Shown: in pieces, positions 39,601-49,325 of the stretch
How positions within the stretch are numbered: position 1 is the stretch's first letter
Layout: each line of letters opens with the position of its first letter
Source: Thermodesulfobacteriota bacterium
Lineage (GTDB): Bacteria; Desulfobacterota; Desulfobulbia; Desulfobulbales; JBFMBH01
DNA length: 64,000 bases
Direction of reading: 5' to 3'
NCBI GenBank assembly: GCA_040755095.1
Contig: JBFMBH010000006.1
Location: 1,290 to 65,289 of the forward strand
Notes under the pieces: generated by a model
Told to the model about the DNA's origin: nothing
The model's database searches: none
Seen by the model: the letters and a program-made list of their open reading frames with translations, nothing else
Translations under genes and position numbers: made by a program

Positions 39601-40440
39601 ATGCGCAAGAAGCCGAAGCAACGGCGGCAGGCGCTGGGGTTCGCCCTCTTCGGGCTGGCCCTCACCGCGCTGTTCATCGTTGTCGTCACCAACGTCGGCC
39701 GGCAACAGGAGCTGGCCGCCCCGCAGAAGCTGGCCCTGGAGATCCTGGGACGGGTGCAGGCGGGCTTGACCGGCGTGACCTCCCATCTGACCAGCTTCTG
39801 GCAGGACTATCTGGCCATCCTCGAGACCAGACAGGAGAACGAGCGGCTGCGGCAGGACCTGGCCCAGGCCAGGGCCCTGACCGCCGAGTACCGGGAGGCC
39901 GTGGCCACCAACGTCCGCCTGGCCAAGCTCCTGGACCTCAAGGAATCATTGGAGGACCCCAGCCTGACCGCCCGGGTCATTGGCCGGGATCCCTCCTTGT
40001 GGTTCCGGACCATCATCATCGACCGGGGCGCCAGCGACGGGGTGCAAAAGGGGATGCCGGTGGTCGCGCCGGAGGGGGTGGTCGGGCAGATCATGAACGC
40101 CTCGCCCCATTACGCCAAGGTCCTCCTGGCCAACGACCCCAACAGCGCCATTGACGCTCTGGTGCAGCGCTCCCGGATCCAGGGTATGATCAAGGGCCGC
40201 GAGCCGAATCTCCTGGATCTCCACTACGTGCTCAAGAGCACCGATGTCCAGGCGGACGATTCCGTGGTCACCTCCGGCATGGGCGGCATCTTTCCCAAGG
40301 GCTTGCCAGTGGGCCGGGTGACCCGGGTCGTCAACAACTCGGCCGGCATGTTCCAGGCCATCGAGGTGGTGCCGGCCGTGGATTTCGCCGGGCTGGAGCA
40401 CGTGATCATCATCCTCAAGAAAAACCCCCTGGCCGAGTAG
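39601..40440 (+). CDS. mreC: Rod shape-determining protein MreC
   Basis: MRKKPKQRRQALGFALFGLALTALFIVVVTNV; coiled coil; VVAPEGVVGQIMNASPHYAKVLLANDPNSAIDALVQRSR. Start at ATG 39601 preferred over TTG 39505, which lies inside the repeat. Confidence 0.9.
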   Translation: MRKKPKQRRQALGFALFGLALTALFIVVVTNVGRQQELAAPQKLALEILGRVQAGLTGVTSHLTSFWQDYLAILETRQENERLRQDLAQARALTAEYREAVATNVRLAKLLDLKESLEDPSLTARVIGRDPSLWFRTIIIDRGASDGVQKGMPVVAPEGVVGQIMNASPHYAKVLLANDPNSAIDALVQRSRIQGMIKGREPNLLDLHYVLKSTDVQADDSVVTSGMGGIFPKGLPVGRVTRVVNNSAGMFQAIEVVPAVDFAGLEHVIIILKKNPLAE

Positions 40441-40445
40441 CGGTC

Positions 40446-40952
40446 GTGGTGTACCTGGGCTTCTTTCTCCTCGGCCTCCTCTGTCTGGCCGTGGCCACCA
40501 GCGTTTTGCCCCTCCTGCCGGCGGCCTGCGGCCGGCCGGAGCCCTTGTCCGCCCTCGTCACCTTCTGCGGCCTGCGCCTGGACCCGTTGCCCGGGGCGCT
40601 CCTGGTGCTGCTTCTGGGCCTGGTCACGGATATCTACTCCGGGGTCTTTTCCGGCCTCTACCCCATCGTCTACCTGGGCCTTTTCTGCCTGTTCAAGCTC
40701 TGCTCCCCGCACCTGCTGGTGGAATCCCCGTTTCTGGTGCTGCCCGTGGCGGCGGCCTCCGCCCTGGCGGTCAACGGCGGCCTCTATCTCTTCCATCTGG
40801 TGCTGGCCGCCGACAGCCTCTTTGCCTGGTCCTGGCTGGCCACCGGCCTGCAAGCGGCGGTGGTGGGGCTCCTGGCCATTCCCCTCTTCCGCATCCTGGA
40901 CCGCCTGCTCGTGATCGGGCGTCCCAAGGGCCGCAACACCCTCCGCCCATGA
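40446..40952 (+). CDS. mreD: Rod shape-determining protein MreD
   Basis: Small multi-TM protein located between mreC and mrdA; GLVTDIYSGVFSGLYPIVYLGLF. Confidence 0.85.
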   Translation: MVYLGFFLLGLLCLAVATSVLPLLPAACGRPEPLSALVTFCGLRLDPLPGALLVLLLGLVTDIYSGVFSGLYPIVYLGLFCLFKLCSPHLLVESPFLVLPVAAASALAVNGGLYLFHLVLAADSLFAWSWLATGLQAAVVGLLAIPLFRILDRLLVIGRPKGRNTLRP

Positions 40953-42835
40953 GACGACTCACCATCAACAAGGCCGAGGAGATCGAGCTGGAGCTCCTCA
41001 AGAAGCGGCTGGACATCGCCACAGTGGTGGTCATCACCGGCCTGGCGATCCTCATCGCCCGCCTCTGGTTCCTCCAGATCCACAAAGGGGACGAGTTCGC
41101 CGACCTGGCCCGCCGCAACCGCATCCGCGCCCACACTGTGATGGCGCCCCGGGGGACGATCTTCGACGCCAAGGGCCGCAAGATCGTCACCAACCAGCCC
41201 TGCTTCAACGTGGTCTGGAACCGGGAGGATGCCGAGGATCCCGACGCGGTCATCAAGCACCTGTCCCGGGTGCTGGGAGAGGATGTCTCAGTCCTCCTGG
41301 ACCGGATCCGGGATGCCGCCGATGATCCCCGGCATCTGCCGGTGCGGCTCAAGGAGAACATCGACTGGCCGACCCTGGTGCATGTGGAGAACGTCCGCTT
41401 CGAGCTGCCAGGCAGCCAGGTGGAGGTGGTGCCCCGCCGGGAGTACCTGTACGGGGACATGGCCTCCCACCTCATCGGCTACCTGGCCGAGATCAGCCAG
41501 AAGGAGCTGGAGCAGCACGGGGACGACGGCTACGAGCCCGGGGACCTCATCGGCAAGATGGGGGTGGAAAAGCTTCAGGAGCCTTATCTCCGGGGCGAAA
41601 AGGGCAAGCGCTACCTGGAGGTGGATGTGCACGGCAACCTGCAGCGCCTGGTGGACGAGCGTCTGCCAGTGGCGGGCAACGACCTGGTCCTGACCCTGGA
41701 CGCCGACCTGCAGCTGGCTGCCGAGCGGGCCATGGCCGACCGGGCCGGGGCGGTGGTGGCCATGGACGTCAACAGCGGCCGCCTCCTGGCGCTGGCCTCG
41801 GCCCCGGGCCTGACCCTGGCGGACTTCCTGGGCGGCATCTCCCGCCCCAAGTGGGACAGCCTCCAGCAGGACCCCCTGCGCCCGCTCCTCAACAAGACGA
41901 TCCAGGGCCAGTACCCGCCCGGCTCCACCTACAAGATCGTGACCGCACTGGCCGGCCTGGCAGAGCGTGTCATCACCCCCGAGACCTCCTTCTTCTGCGG
42001 CGGCTCCCTGTACTTCGGCAACCGCTCGTACGGCTGCTGGAAGAAGGGCGGCCACGGCCAGGTCAGCCTGCACGATGCCCTGGTCCAGTCCTGTGACGTC
42101 TACTTCTACCAGGTGGGCCTGAAGGTGGGGGTGGATGCCCTGGCCAAATACGCCAACAGCCTCGGCCTCGGGCTCCTCTCCGGGATCGACCTGGAGAACG
42201 AAAAGCCAGGCCTTATCCCGACTGCTGCCTGGAAGGCCCGCGCCAAGAAGGTGCCGTGGCAGGAGGGCGAGACCCTCTCCATCGCCATCGGCCAGGGCTT
42301 TGACCTCGTCACCCCCTTGCAGCTGTGCCGGATGATGGCCGCGGTGGCCAACGGCGGCACCCTCTACCGCCCCCAGTTCATCGAGATGGTCAAAGGCCCC
42401 GACGGCCAGCCGTTGCGGAGCTTCACCCCGATCATCGATGGCCGAGCACCGTTTACACCCAAGCAGCTGGAGCTGGTGAAGAAGGCCCTGGCGGGGGTGG
42501 TCAACGAGCCGCGGGGCACCGGCAGCGCGGCCCGTCTCAAGGAGGTGGTGGTGGGCGGCAAAACCGGCACCGCCCAGGTGGTGCGTCTGGCCCGCTACAA
42601 GGAGACCGCCGAGAAGGACGTGCCCCTCCAGTACCGGGACCACGCCTGGTTCGTCTGCTTCGCGCCGGTCGACAAGCCCGAGATCGCGGTGGCGGTCCTG
42701 GTCGAGCACGGCGGCCACGGTGGCTCGGCGGCGGGGCCGGTGGCCAATGCGGTGCTCAAGGCCTATTTCAACATTCCCGAAGCCAGAGAGGTGGACAGCC
42801 GTGCACAGCAAGTGGCCGACGCTGCGGTTCGATAG
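40949..42835 (+). CDS. mrdA: Penicillin-binding protein 2
   Basis: APRGTIFDAKGRKIVTNQPCF; YPPGSTYKIVTALAGL (SxxK); VGGKTGTAQVV (KTG). Confidence 0.95.
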   Translation: MRRLTINKAEEIELELLKKRLDIATVVVITGLAILIARLWFLQIHKGDEFADLARRNRIRAHTVMAPRGTIFDAKGRKIVTNQPCFNVVWNREDAEDPDAVIKHLSRVLGEDVSVLLDRIRDAADDPRHLPVRLKENIDWPTLVHVENVRFELPGSQVEVVPRREYLYGDMASHLIGYLAEISQKELEQHGDDGYEPGDLIGKMGVEKLQEPYLRGEKGKRYLEVDVHGNLQRLVDERLPVAGNDLVLTLDADLQLAAERAMADRAGAVVAMDVNSGRLLALASAPGLTLADFLGGISRPKWDSLQQDPLRPLLNKTIQGQYPPGSTYKIVTALAGLAERVITPETSFFCGGSLYFGNRSYGCWKKGGHGQVSLHDALVQSCDVYFYQVGLKVGVDALAKYANSLGLGLLSGIDLENEKPGLIPTAAWKARAKKVPWQEGETLSIAIGQGFDLVTPLQLCRMMAAVANGGTLYRPQFIEMVKGPDGQPLRSFTPIIDGRAPFTPKQLELVKKALAGVVNEPRGTGSAARLKEVVVGGKTGTAQVVRLARYKETAEKDVPLQYRDHAWFVCFAPVDKPEIAVAVLVEHGGHGGSAAGPVANAVLKAYFNIPEAREVDSRAQQVADAAVR

Positions 42836-43925
42836 GCGCCTGCTTCTGAACTTCGACTGGGTGCTCCTGGTCGCGGTCCTGGCGGTGATCGGCCTGGGCA
42901 TCGCCAACCTCTACAGCGCCGGCTACGGCGGCCATGCTGGCACGCCGGTCTATCTCAAGCAGCTCTCCTACACCCTGGTGGGTCTGGGCTTCTTTGTCCT
43001 CCTCATGGGCCTCGACTACCGGCTTCTGGGCAAGTACGCGCCGGTCCTGTACCTGGCGGTGGTCTTCGCCCTGGTCCTGGCCGCGGTGATGGGCAAGACC
43101 GTCTCCGGCTCCCAGCGCTGGATCGATCTCGGCATCTTCCGCCTCCAGCCCTCGGAGCCGGCCAAGCTGGCCCTGGTGATCACCCTGGCCAGCTACTACT
43201 TCCGCAAAGACACCGGCAAAGGCTTCACCCTGCCGGAGCTGGCCGCGCCCATGGCCCTCACCGGCCTGCCTTTTGTCCTCATCCTCCTGCAGCCGGACCT
43301 GGGCACCGCCATGATGCTGGCCATCCTCTTCGGCTCCATCACCCTCTTCGTGAAGCTGACCTGGCCCACCTTCATCGTCCTGGCCAGCGGCGCCGTCTCG
43401 GCAGCGGTGGTGGCCTGGAAATACGTGCTCAAGCCATACCAGATCCAGCGAATCCTGACCTTCCTCGACCCGGAGCAGGACCCGTCCGGGGCTGGCTACC
43501 ACATCCTGCAGTCCAAGATCGCGGTGGGCAGCGGTCTCAAGTTCGGCAAGGGCTGGCTGCAGGGAACCCAGGGCCATCTCGACTTCCTGCCCGAGCGCCA
43601 CACCGACTTCGCCTTCTCGGTCTGGGGCGAGGAATGGGGCTTCGTCGGCTCCCTCGTCTTCCTGGGCTGCTACTTCTTCCTCATCCTCTGGGGCCTCAAC
43701 ATCGCCCTCCACGCCAAGGACAAGTTTGGGGTGCTTCTGGCCTTCGGCATCGTCACCCTCCTCTTCTGGCAGGCCTTCATCAACCTGGCCATGGTCCTGG
43801 GCCTCTTGCCGGTGGTGGGCATCCCCCTGCCCATGGTCTCCTACGGCGGCTCCTCCCTACTCACCACCCTCATGGGCCTGGGCATCCTCATGAGCATCCG
43901 CATGCGGCGGTTCTTGATCGTCTAG
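42801..43925 (+). CDS. rodA: Rod shape-determining protein RodA (SEDS)
   Basis: GSQRWIDLGIFRLQPSEPAKLALVITLASYY...GGSSLLTTLMGLGILMSIRMRRF; GTG start 42801. Confidence 0.95.
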   Translation: MHSKWPTLRFDRRLLLNFDWVLLVAVLAVIGLGIANLYSAGYGGHAGTPVYLKQLSYTLVGLGFFVLLMGLDYRLLGKYAPVLYLAVVFALVLAAVMGKTVSGSQRWIDLGIFRLQPSEPAKLALVITLASYYFRKDTGKGFTLPELAAPMALTGLPFVLILLQPDLGTAMMLAILFGSITLFVKLTWPTFIVLASGAVSAAVVAWKYVLKPYQIQRILTFLDPEQDPSGAGYHILQSKIAVGSGLKFGKGWLQGTQGHLDFLPERHTDFAFSVWGEEWGFVGSLVFLGCYFFLILWGLNIALHAKDKFGVLLAFGIVTLLFWQAFINLAMVLGLLPVVGIPLPMVSYGGSSLLTTLMGLGILMSIRMRRFLIV

Positions 43926-43926
43926 A

Positions 43927-45930
43927 TCAGCCCTGCGGCGCCGGCCGCCGTGCCGGTGCCGCCGCCAACAGCTGCGGATCCGGGCCGGCCAGCACCCGGT
44001 CGTCGGCCGTCGCCGGCCCCCCGCCACCCATGAACGTCAGCCCGCTGTCCCGGCGGTGCTCCGGAAAGGTGTAGCCGTCCTCCAGGAACAGGGAGAGACA
44101 GGCGTCGACCGCCTGGACGTCGTAGCGGCTGCCGCGGCCGGCGCTGATCTCCGCCAGGGCCCGATCCAGGCCCAGGGCTGGCCGGTACGGGCGATGGGAG
44201 GAGAGCGCCTCCACCACATCGGCAATGGCCAGGATCCGGGCCGCCGGCTGGATCCCCTCGCCGGTCAGCCCGTGGGGATAGCCGGAGCCGTCCAGCCGCT
44301 CGTGGTGCTGGCGCACCGTCTCGGCCAGGGGCCAGGGGAACTCGATGCCCCTGAGGATGTTGAAGCCGATCTCCGGGTGGGGCTTGAGGATGGCCAGCTC
44401 AGCGGCGGACAACCGGCCCGGATGGCAGAGGATATCGGACGGCACCCGGATCTTGCCGATGTCGTGCAGCACCCCGGCCATGTGGACCCCCTCCACCCGA
44501 TGGGAATCGAAGCCCAGCTTCAGGGCCAGGGCGGCGGCCAGGTTGGCTACCCGCTGCTGGTGGCCCGCTGTGTAAGGATCGCGCATCTCGACGATCAGGG
44601 CCATGGCCTCCACGGTGCCGCTCACCGTCTTGGCCAGCTCCTCGGTCCGCTCGGCCACCCGCAGCTCCAGCTCGTCATGGGCCTTCCGGAGCGCCTCCTC
44701 GGCCAGCTTCCGCTCGGTGATGTCGTGGACCATGAGCACGTAGCCGGTGATCTTCCCCTGCCGGTCGATGATCGCTGAGGCCCGGGCACTGAGATGCTGC
44801 TTGCCGCCGGCCCGCTGCCGCTCGATGAGGAAGGCAGAGCGCTCGCCATTGTGGAGAATGCCCAGCACCCCATGGATCCGGGACATGACCGGTCCCTGGC
44901 CGCCGTGCAGGGACGAGAGGTCCCGGCCCAGAACCGTGGCGGACCGGAGGCCGAAGATCTGCTCGGCGCCGGGGTTGAAATAGGTGACCCTCTGGTCGAG
45001 GCCCACGGCGATGATGCCGTAGTCGATGGCGGACTGGAGGATGTTATCCAGGTAGGTGGTCTTTTCGGCCAGATCCAGGGAGGTGGAGTGGATGACGAAG
45101 TCCTTCTCCCGGATGACGAAATCCTTTTCCTTGATGATCTCGTTCAAGGCCTGGATGTATTTTCCCTCCAGCCCCTTGACCATGTCGGACTGGGTGGCCA
45201 GCCCCTCGATGGTGCCATCGCTGTCCGCCACCACCAGGCGCCGCAGCCTCTTTCGCTTCATGATCTCGATGGCGAGGGGCAACGGGGTATCGCCGGCCAC
45301 CGACTGCAGAGAGCGGCTCATGACCTCTCCCACCCGGACCTGACTGAGGTCCGGGTAGTCCAGGAGCAGCCGGGAGACATCCCGCTCGCTGATGATGCCC
45401 ACCGGCTGCCGGCCTTCCGTGATGACGATGCAGCTCATGGACCGCTCGGCCATGCGCACCAGGGCCTCCCGGACATCAGTCTCGGGCGGCACGGTCAGGA
45501 CGACCCTGGTCATCACCTGGGCGATGCGCTTCATCTCCACAAAGGACTCGAAGGAGAGATGCTCGACGATGTCGGTGAGGGTGACCACCCCCACCAGCCG
45601 CTCGTCCTCGTCCACCACCGCCAGGTGGCGCAGGTGGTGCGCCGAGAAAAGGCTGTAGGCCTCGAAGATGTCCACCTGGCGGCCGGCGGTGATCACCGGG
45701 GTGCTCATGATCGCGCGCACCTCGCAGCTGTCCACCGCTGGCCCCTGGCCGGGGATGAGCCGGACCAGGTTGCGCTCGGTGACGATCCCGGCCGGCCGGC
45801 CACCTTCGGTCACCAGGATGCAGCTCACATGATGCGCCCGCATGAGCCGCAACGCCTCCGACACCTTGGTCGCCGGTGCCACACTGATGACCTCGGTGGT
45901 CAGGATATCGGCCAGCTTGGATGTGTCCAT
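43927..45930 (-). CDS. CBS(x4)-PAS-HD-GYP domain protein, putative c-di-GMP phosphodiesterase
   Basis: Two CBS pairs (MDTSKLADILTTEVISV...; IAQVMTRVVLTVPPETDVREAL...), PAS-like ILQSAIDYGIIAVGLDQRVTYFNPGAEQIF, HD-GYP HDIGKI and RQHHERLDGSGYPHGLTG. Confidence 0.93.
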   Translation of the reverse strand: MDTSKLADILTTEVISVAPATKVSEALRLMRAHHVSCILVTEGGRPAGIVTERNLVRLIPGQGPAVDSCEVRAIMSTPVITAGRQVDIFEAYSLFSAHHLRHLAVVDEDERLVGVVTLTDIVEHLSFESFVEMKRIAQVMTRVVLTVPPETDVREALVRMAERSMSCIVITEGRQPVGIISERDVSRLLLDYPDLSQVRVGEVMSRSLQSVAGDTPLPLAIEIMKRKRLRRLVVADSDGTIEGLATQSDMVKGLEGKYIQALNEIIKEKDFVIREKDFVIHSTSLDLAEKTTYLDNILQSAIDYGIIAVGLDQRVTYFNPGAEQIFGLRSATVLGRDLSSLHGGQGPVMSRIHGVLGILHNGERSAFLIERQRAGGKQHLSARASAIIDRQGKITGYVLMVHDITERKLAEEALRKAHDELELRVAERTEELAKTVSGTVEAMALIVEMRDPYTAGHQQRVANLAAALALKLGFDSHRVEGVHMAGVLHDIGKIRVPSDILCHPGRLSAAELAILKPHPEIGFNILRGIEFPWPLAETVRQHHERLDGSGYPHGLTGEGIQPAARILAIADVVEALSSHRPYRPALGLDRALAEISAGRGSRYDVQAVDACLSLFLEDGYTFPEHRRDSGLTFMGGGGPATADDRVLAGPDPQLLAAAPARRPAPQG

Positions 45931-45939
45931 GGAGCCCCC

Positions 45940-46926
45940 TCAGGCCACCGGCAGCCAGCCGCGCTCCCGGCAAGCGGCGAGCACCAGCTCGCCCAGCGCT
46001 GCAATGAAGCCGGGCCGCACGTTCAGGGACTCGGTGCGCACCAGGCGCATCCCGAGGCCGTGGGCCAGCTGGCGGTACTGGATATCGATCTCGTGCAGGG
46101 TCTCGATGTGGTCCGAGACAAAGCTGACCGGCACCACCACCACGGTGCGGCAGCCGCCGGCGGCCAGCTGCCGCAGGCTGTCCGGGGTGGAGGGGGCGAG
46201 CCAGCGCACCGGGCCGCTCCGGCTCTGGAAGGCCAGTTGCCCGGGCCGGCCGGTCAGCTCCTCCACCGCGGCGATGGTGGCCCGGATCTGATCGAGATAG
46301 GGATCGCCCTCCTCGATCAGGGCGGCGGGCAGGGAGTGGGCGCTGTACAGAACCGCCGCCGCCGGGTCGGCCGCTGCCTGCCAGGCGGCGGCGATCACCG
46401 CCGCCAGCTCCCGGATGTAGCCCGCCTGGGTGGGCCATTCCCGCACCACCGCCAGCTCCAGATCAGGCACCCCCACTTGCAGCTGGCGGGCCAGCTCGCT
46501 CAAGGAGGAGCCGGTGGTGGCCCGGGAGAAGTGGGGGTAGAGGGTGAGCGCCACCAGCCGCCGGATGCCGGCCGCCTGCACCTGGGCCAGGCAGGCGCCG
46601 GTCCGGGGATGCCAGTAGCGCATGCAGACGAAGGAGCGGAACGGGCCGCAGGGGGCCAGATGCTCCGCCAGGGCCTGCCCCTGGGCAGCGGTGATGCGGG
46701 CCAGGGGCGAGCCGCCGATCTCGGCGTAGTTGGCCCGGCTCTTGGGCGCCCGGCGCCAGGCGATCAAACGGGCGATGAGGGGCTGGAGCAGGGCCGGCCC
46801 CAGGCGGATGATCTCCCGGTCGGAAAAAAGGTTGACCAGAAAGGGCCGCACCTCCTCGCCCCGCTCCGGGCCGCCCAGATTGAGGAGCAGGATGGCGATG
46901 GCCTGGCTGCCGCTGGCTGGGGTCAC
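45940..46926 (-). CDS. hemH: Ferrochelatase
   Basis: AILLLNLGGPERGEEVRPFLVNLFSDREII; YSAHSLP; VPVSFVSDHIETLHEIDIQYRQLA. Start trimmed to GTG 46926. Confidence 0.94.
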   Translation of the reverse strand: MTPASGSQAIAILLLNLGGPERGEEVRPFLVNLFSDREIIRLGPALLQPLIARLIAWRRAPKSRANYAEIGGSPLARITAAQGQALAEHLAPCGPFRSFVCMRYWHPRTGACLAQVQAAGIRRLVALTLYPHFSRATTGSSLSELARQLQVGVPDLELAVVREWPTQAGYIRELAAVIAAAWQAAADPAAAVLYSAHSLPAALIEEGDPYLDQIRATIAAVEELTGRPGQLAFQSRSGPVRWLAPSTPDSLRQLAAGGCRTVVVVPVSFVSDHIETLHEIDIQYRQLAHGLGMRLVRTESLNVRPGFIAALGELVLAACRERGWLPVA

Positions 46927-46931
46927 GGCCG

Positions 46932-47966
46932 CTACCGCCGGCTCAGGCGATGGACGCAGGCCACCAGGAACTGGGCCTTTTCGGGCGGCGTTTCCGGCAG
47001 GATACCGTGGCCGAGGTTGAAGATGTGGCCGCGGGCCTGGCGGCCCTGGTCGAGGATCCGGGCCACCCTCTTTTCCAGCTCCGCCTCCGGCAGCAGGAGG
47101 GCGCAAGGGTCCAGATTGCCCTGGATCGCCACCCCCGGCCCCAGCCGCTCCAGGGCCTGGGCGATGTCGAGCCGCCAGTCGAGGCCCAGGACATCGGCGC
47201 CGCTGGTCTCGGACAGCTCCAGAAGGCTGGCGCCGTTGTTGGCGAAGTAGATGATCGGCACCGTCACCCCCTGGGCCCGGAGGTCGGCGATGATCCGCTT
47301 GACGTAGGGCAGGGCGTAGCGGGCGAAATCCTCCGGACCCAGCACCCCGACCCAGGAGTCGAAAATCTGCAGCGCCTGGGCACCGGCAGACACCTGGGCC
47401 GCCAGATACAGGGTGGTGCTGGCGGTGATCCGGTCCAGGAGGGCCGCCCACACCTCCGGGGCGGCGTACATCAGGCGCTTGGTCTCAAAGAAGCTCTTGG
47501 ACGAGCCGCCCTCGATCACGTAGGTGGCCAGGGTGAAAGGCGCGCCGGCAAAACCGATGAGGGGCACCTTGGCGGCCAGCTCCCGCCGGAGGATGCGGAT
47601 GGCTTCCAGGACAAAGCCCAGGCGCTCCTCCGGGTCCGGCACCGACAGCCGCCCCACATCGGCCAGCGAGCGCACCACCGGTCCCAGGACCGGTCCCTTC
47701 TTCTCATGGAAGGCCAGCTCCATGCCCATGGCCTCGATGGGCACCAGGATGTCGGAAAAGAGGATCGCCGCATCGACGCCCAGGATGTCCACCGGCTGGA
47801 TCGTCACCTCGGCGGCCAGCTCCGGGGTCTTGCACAGTTCCAGGAAGGAAACCCGATCCCGGACTGTGTGGTAGGCGGGCAGATACCGCCCGGCCTGGCG
47901 CATGATCCAGATCGGCGTGTGGGAGACCGCCTCGCCGCGGCAGGCCCGCAGGAAGGTATCGTTCAT
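46932..47966 (-). CDS. hemE: Uroporphyrinogen decarboxylase
   Basis: [19 protein letters not shown]...[31 protein letters not shown]. Confidence 0.97.
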   Translation of the reverse strand: MNDTFLRACRGEAVSHTPIWIMRQAGRYLPAYHTVRDRVSFLELCKTPELAAEVTIQPVDILGVDAAILFSDILVPIEAMGMELAFHEKKGPVLGPVVRSLADVGRLSVPDPEERLGFVLEAIRILRRELAAKVPLIGFAGAPFTLATYVIEGGSSKSFFETKRLMYAAPEVWAALLDRITASTTLYLAAQVSAGAQALQIFDSWVGVLGPEDFARYALPYVKRIIADLRAQGVTVPIIYFANNGASLLELSETSGADVLGLDWRLDIAQALERLGPGVAIQGNLDPCALLLPEAELEKRVARILDQGRQARGHIFNLGHGILPETPPEKAQFLVACVHRLSRR

Positions 47967-48011
47967 GACTCGCTCCTCTCCGGTAGGGGGCCGCAGCAGC
48001 CCCGGGGATCC

Positions 48012-49106
48012 CTAGCGGCCGGCGTCGCGGCCCGCCGCTTCCTGGGCCTTCACCAGCTTCAGGGGCAGATAGCCGCAAAACGGCTCCTCGGCCAGGTAGT
48101 CACCGCTCATGGCGTAGGCCCGGGCCCGGCAGCCGCCGCAGACATTGACAAACTCGCACGCCCCGCAGCGGCCCCGATAGGATTTGAAATCCCGCAGCTC
48201 CTGGAACAGGGACGAGGTCTCCCAGATCTCCTTGAAGGACTGCTCGCGGATGTTGCCCGCCGCCTTGGGGAAGTAGGAGCAGGGCAGCACATTGCCGTCC
48301 ACGTCAATGAGGCTGATGAGCTGGCCGGCCAGACAACCCTTGGCACCGCCGGTGGAGAACTTGAGGCTGCGGCGCTCGAGCTTCTCGCCCCGGGCCCGGG
48401 CCTCTTGCACCACCACCCGGTAGTAATGGGGGGCGCAGGTGGGCCGGACCAGCATCCCGGTCTCGTTCTTCTCCATCTCGTAATGCCAGCGCAACAGCTC
48501 CTCGTAGTCCTCCTTGGAGATGAGCTCGGAGAGGATCTCCTCGCCCCGGCCGGTGGGCACGATCATGAACATGTACCAGGCGGTGGCGCCCAGCTCCTTG
48601 GCCAGGCGGGCGACCTTGGGAATCTCGGCCTGGTTGCGCTTCGTGAAGGAGGAGTTGATGAGGAAGGGGATGCCGTGCTCCCGGAAGAGGCCGGCGGCCC
48701 GCACTGTGCCGTCGAAGGCGCCGGGCTGGCAGCGGAAGTCGTCGTGCACTGGCGCGCTGGCCCCGTCCAGGCTCAGGGACACCATCTTGATGTCCACTTC
48801 CTTGATACGGTCGCAGATCTCCGGCGTCACCAGGGTGCCATTGGTGGCCAGGCACATGCGCAAGCCTTTTTGGGTGCCGTAGCGGGCGATCTCGAAGACA
48901 TCCGGCCGCAGAAGCGGCTCGCCGCCGGAGAGCACCACCACCGGCTGGGCATAGGAGGCGATGTCGTCCAGGACCCGCCGGGCCTCCTCCAGGGAGAAAT
49001 CCGGGTGGCCCGCCACCTCCAGGGCCGAGGACGAGCGGCAGTGGACACACTTGAGGTTGCAGCGCCGGGTGATCTCCCAGGCGATCCACTTGGGCACAAA
49101 TTCCAC
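48012..49106 (-). CDS. Radical SAM/SPASM protein, AhbD (heme b synthase)-like
   Basis: [16 protein letters not shown]; [12 protein letters not shown]; [18 protein letters not shown]; [33 protein letters not shown]. Confidence 0.85.
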   Translation of the reverse strand: MEFVPKWIAWEITRRCNLKCVHCRSSSALEVAGHPDFSLEEARRVLDDIASYAQPVVVLSGGEPLLRPDVFEIARYGTQKGLRMCLATNGTLVTPEICDRIKEVDIKMVSLSLDGASAPVHDDFRCQPGAFDGTVRAAGLFREHGIPFLINSSFTKRNQAEIPKVARLAKELGATAWYMFMIVPTGRGEEILSELISKEDYEELLRWHYEMEKNETGMLVRPTCAPHYYRVVVQEARARGEKLERRSLKFSTGGAKGCLAGQLISLIDVDGNVLPCSYFPKAAGNIREQSFKEIWETSSLFQELRDFKSYRGRCGACEFVNVCGGCRARAYAMSGDYLAEEPFCGYLPLKLVKAQEAAGRDAGR

Positions 49107-49325
49107 AGGCAGCCTCCAAAGAAGGGCTTGTTACGGCCGGTGAAGGGATCGGGGCTATTTGCCACGGACCGGCCAGGCTGTCAACGAAGGACTGCCCCAG
49201 TTTGGCGGCAATTCCGGCCGGTGGCAAGACCATTCCACGGCCCTGGCCCCATGGCCTCGGCCCAGGGGGCGCTGGCGCCATCCTGGTCCCCCAGGTCGCA
49301 ACCGGCGGCCCCGGTTCTGACCCCA

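Noticed and set aside
44794-47250. 818-aa plus-strand ORF
   Set aside because: Antisense to the CBS/PAS/HD-GYP gene, hemH and hemE; low-complexity composition.
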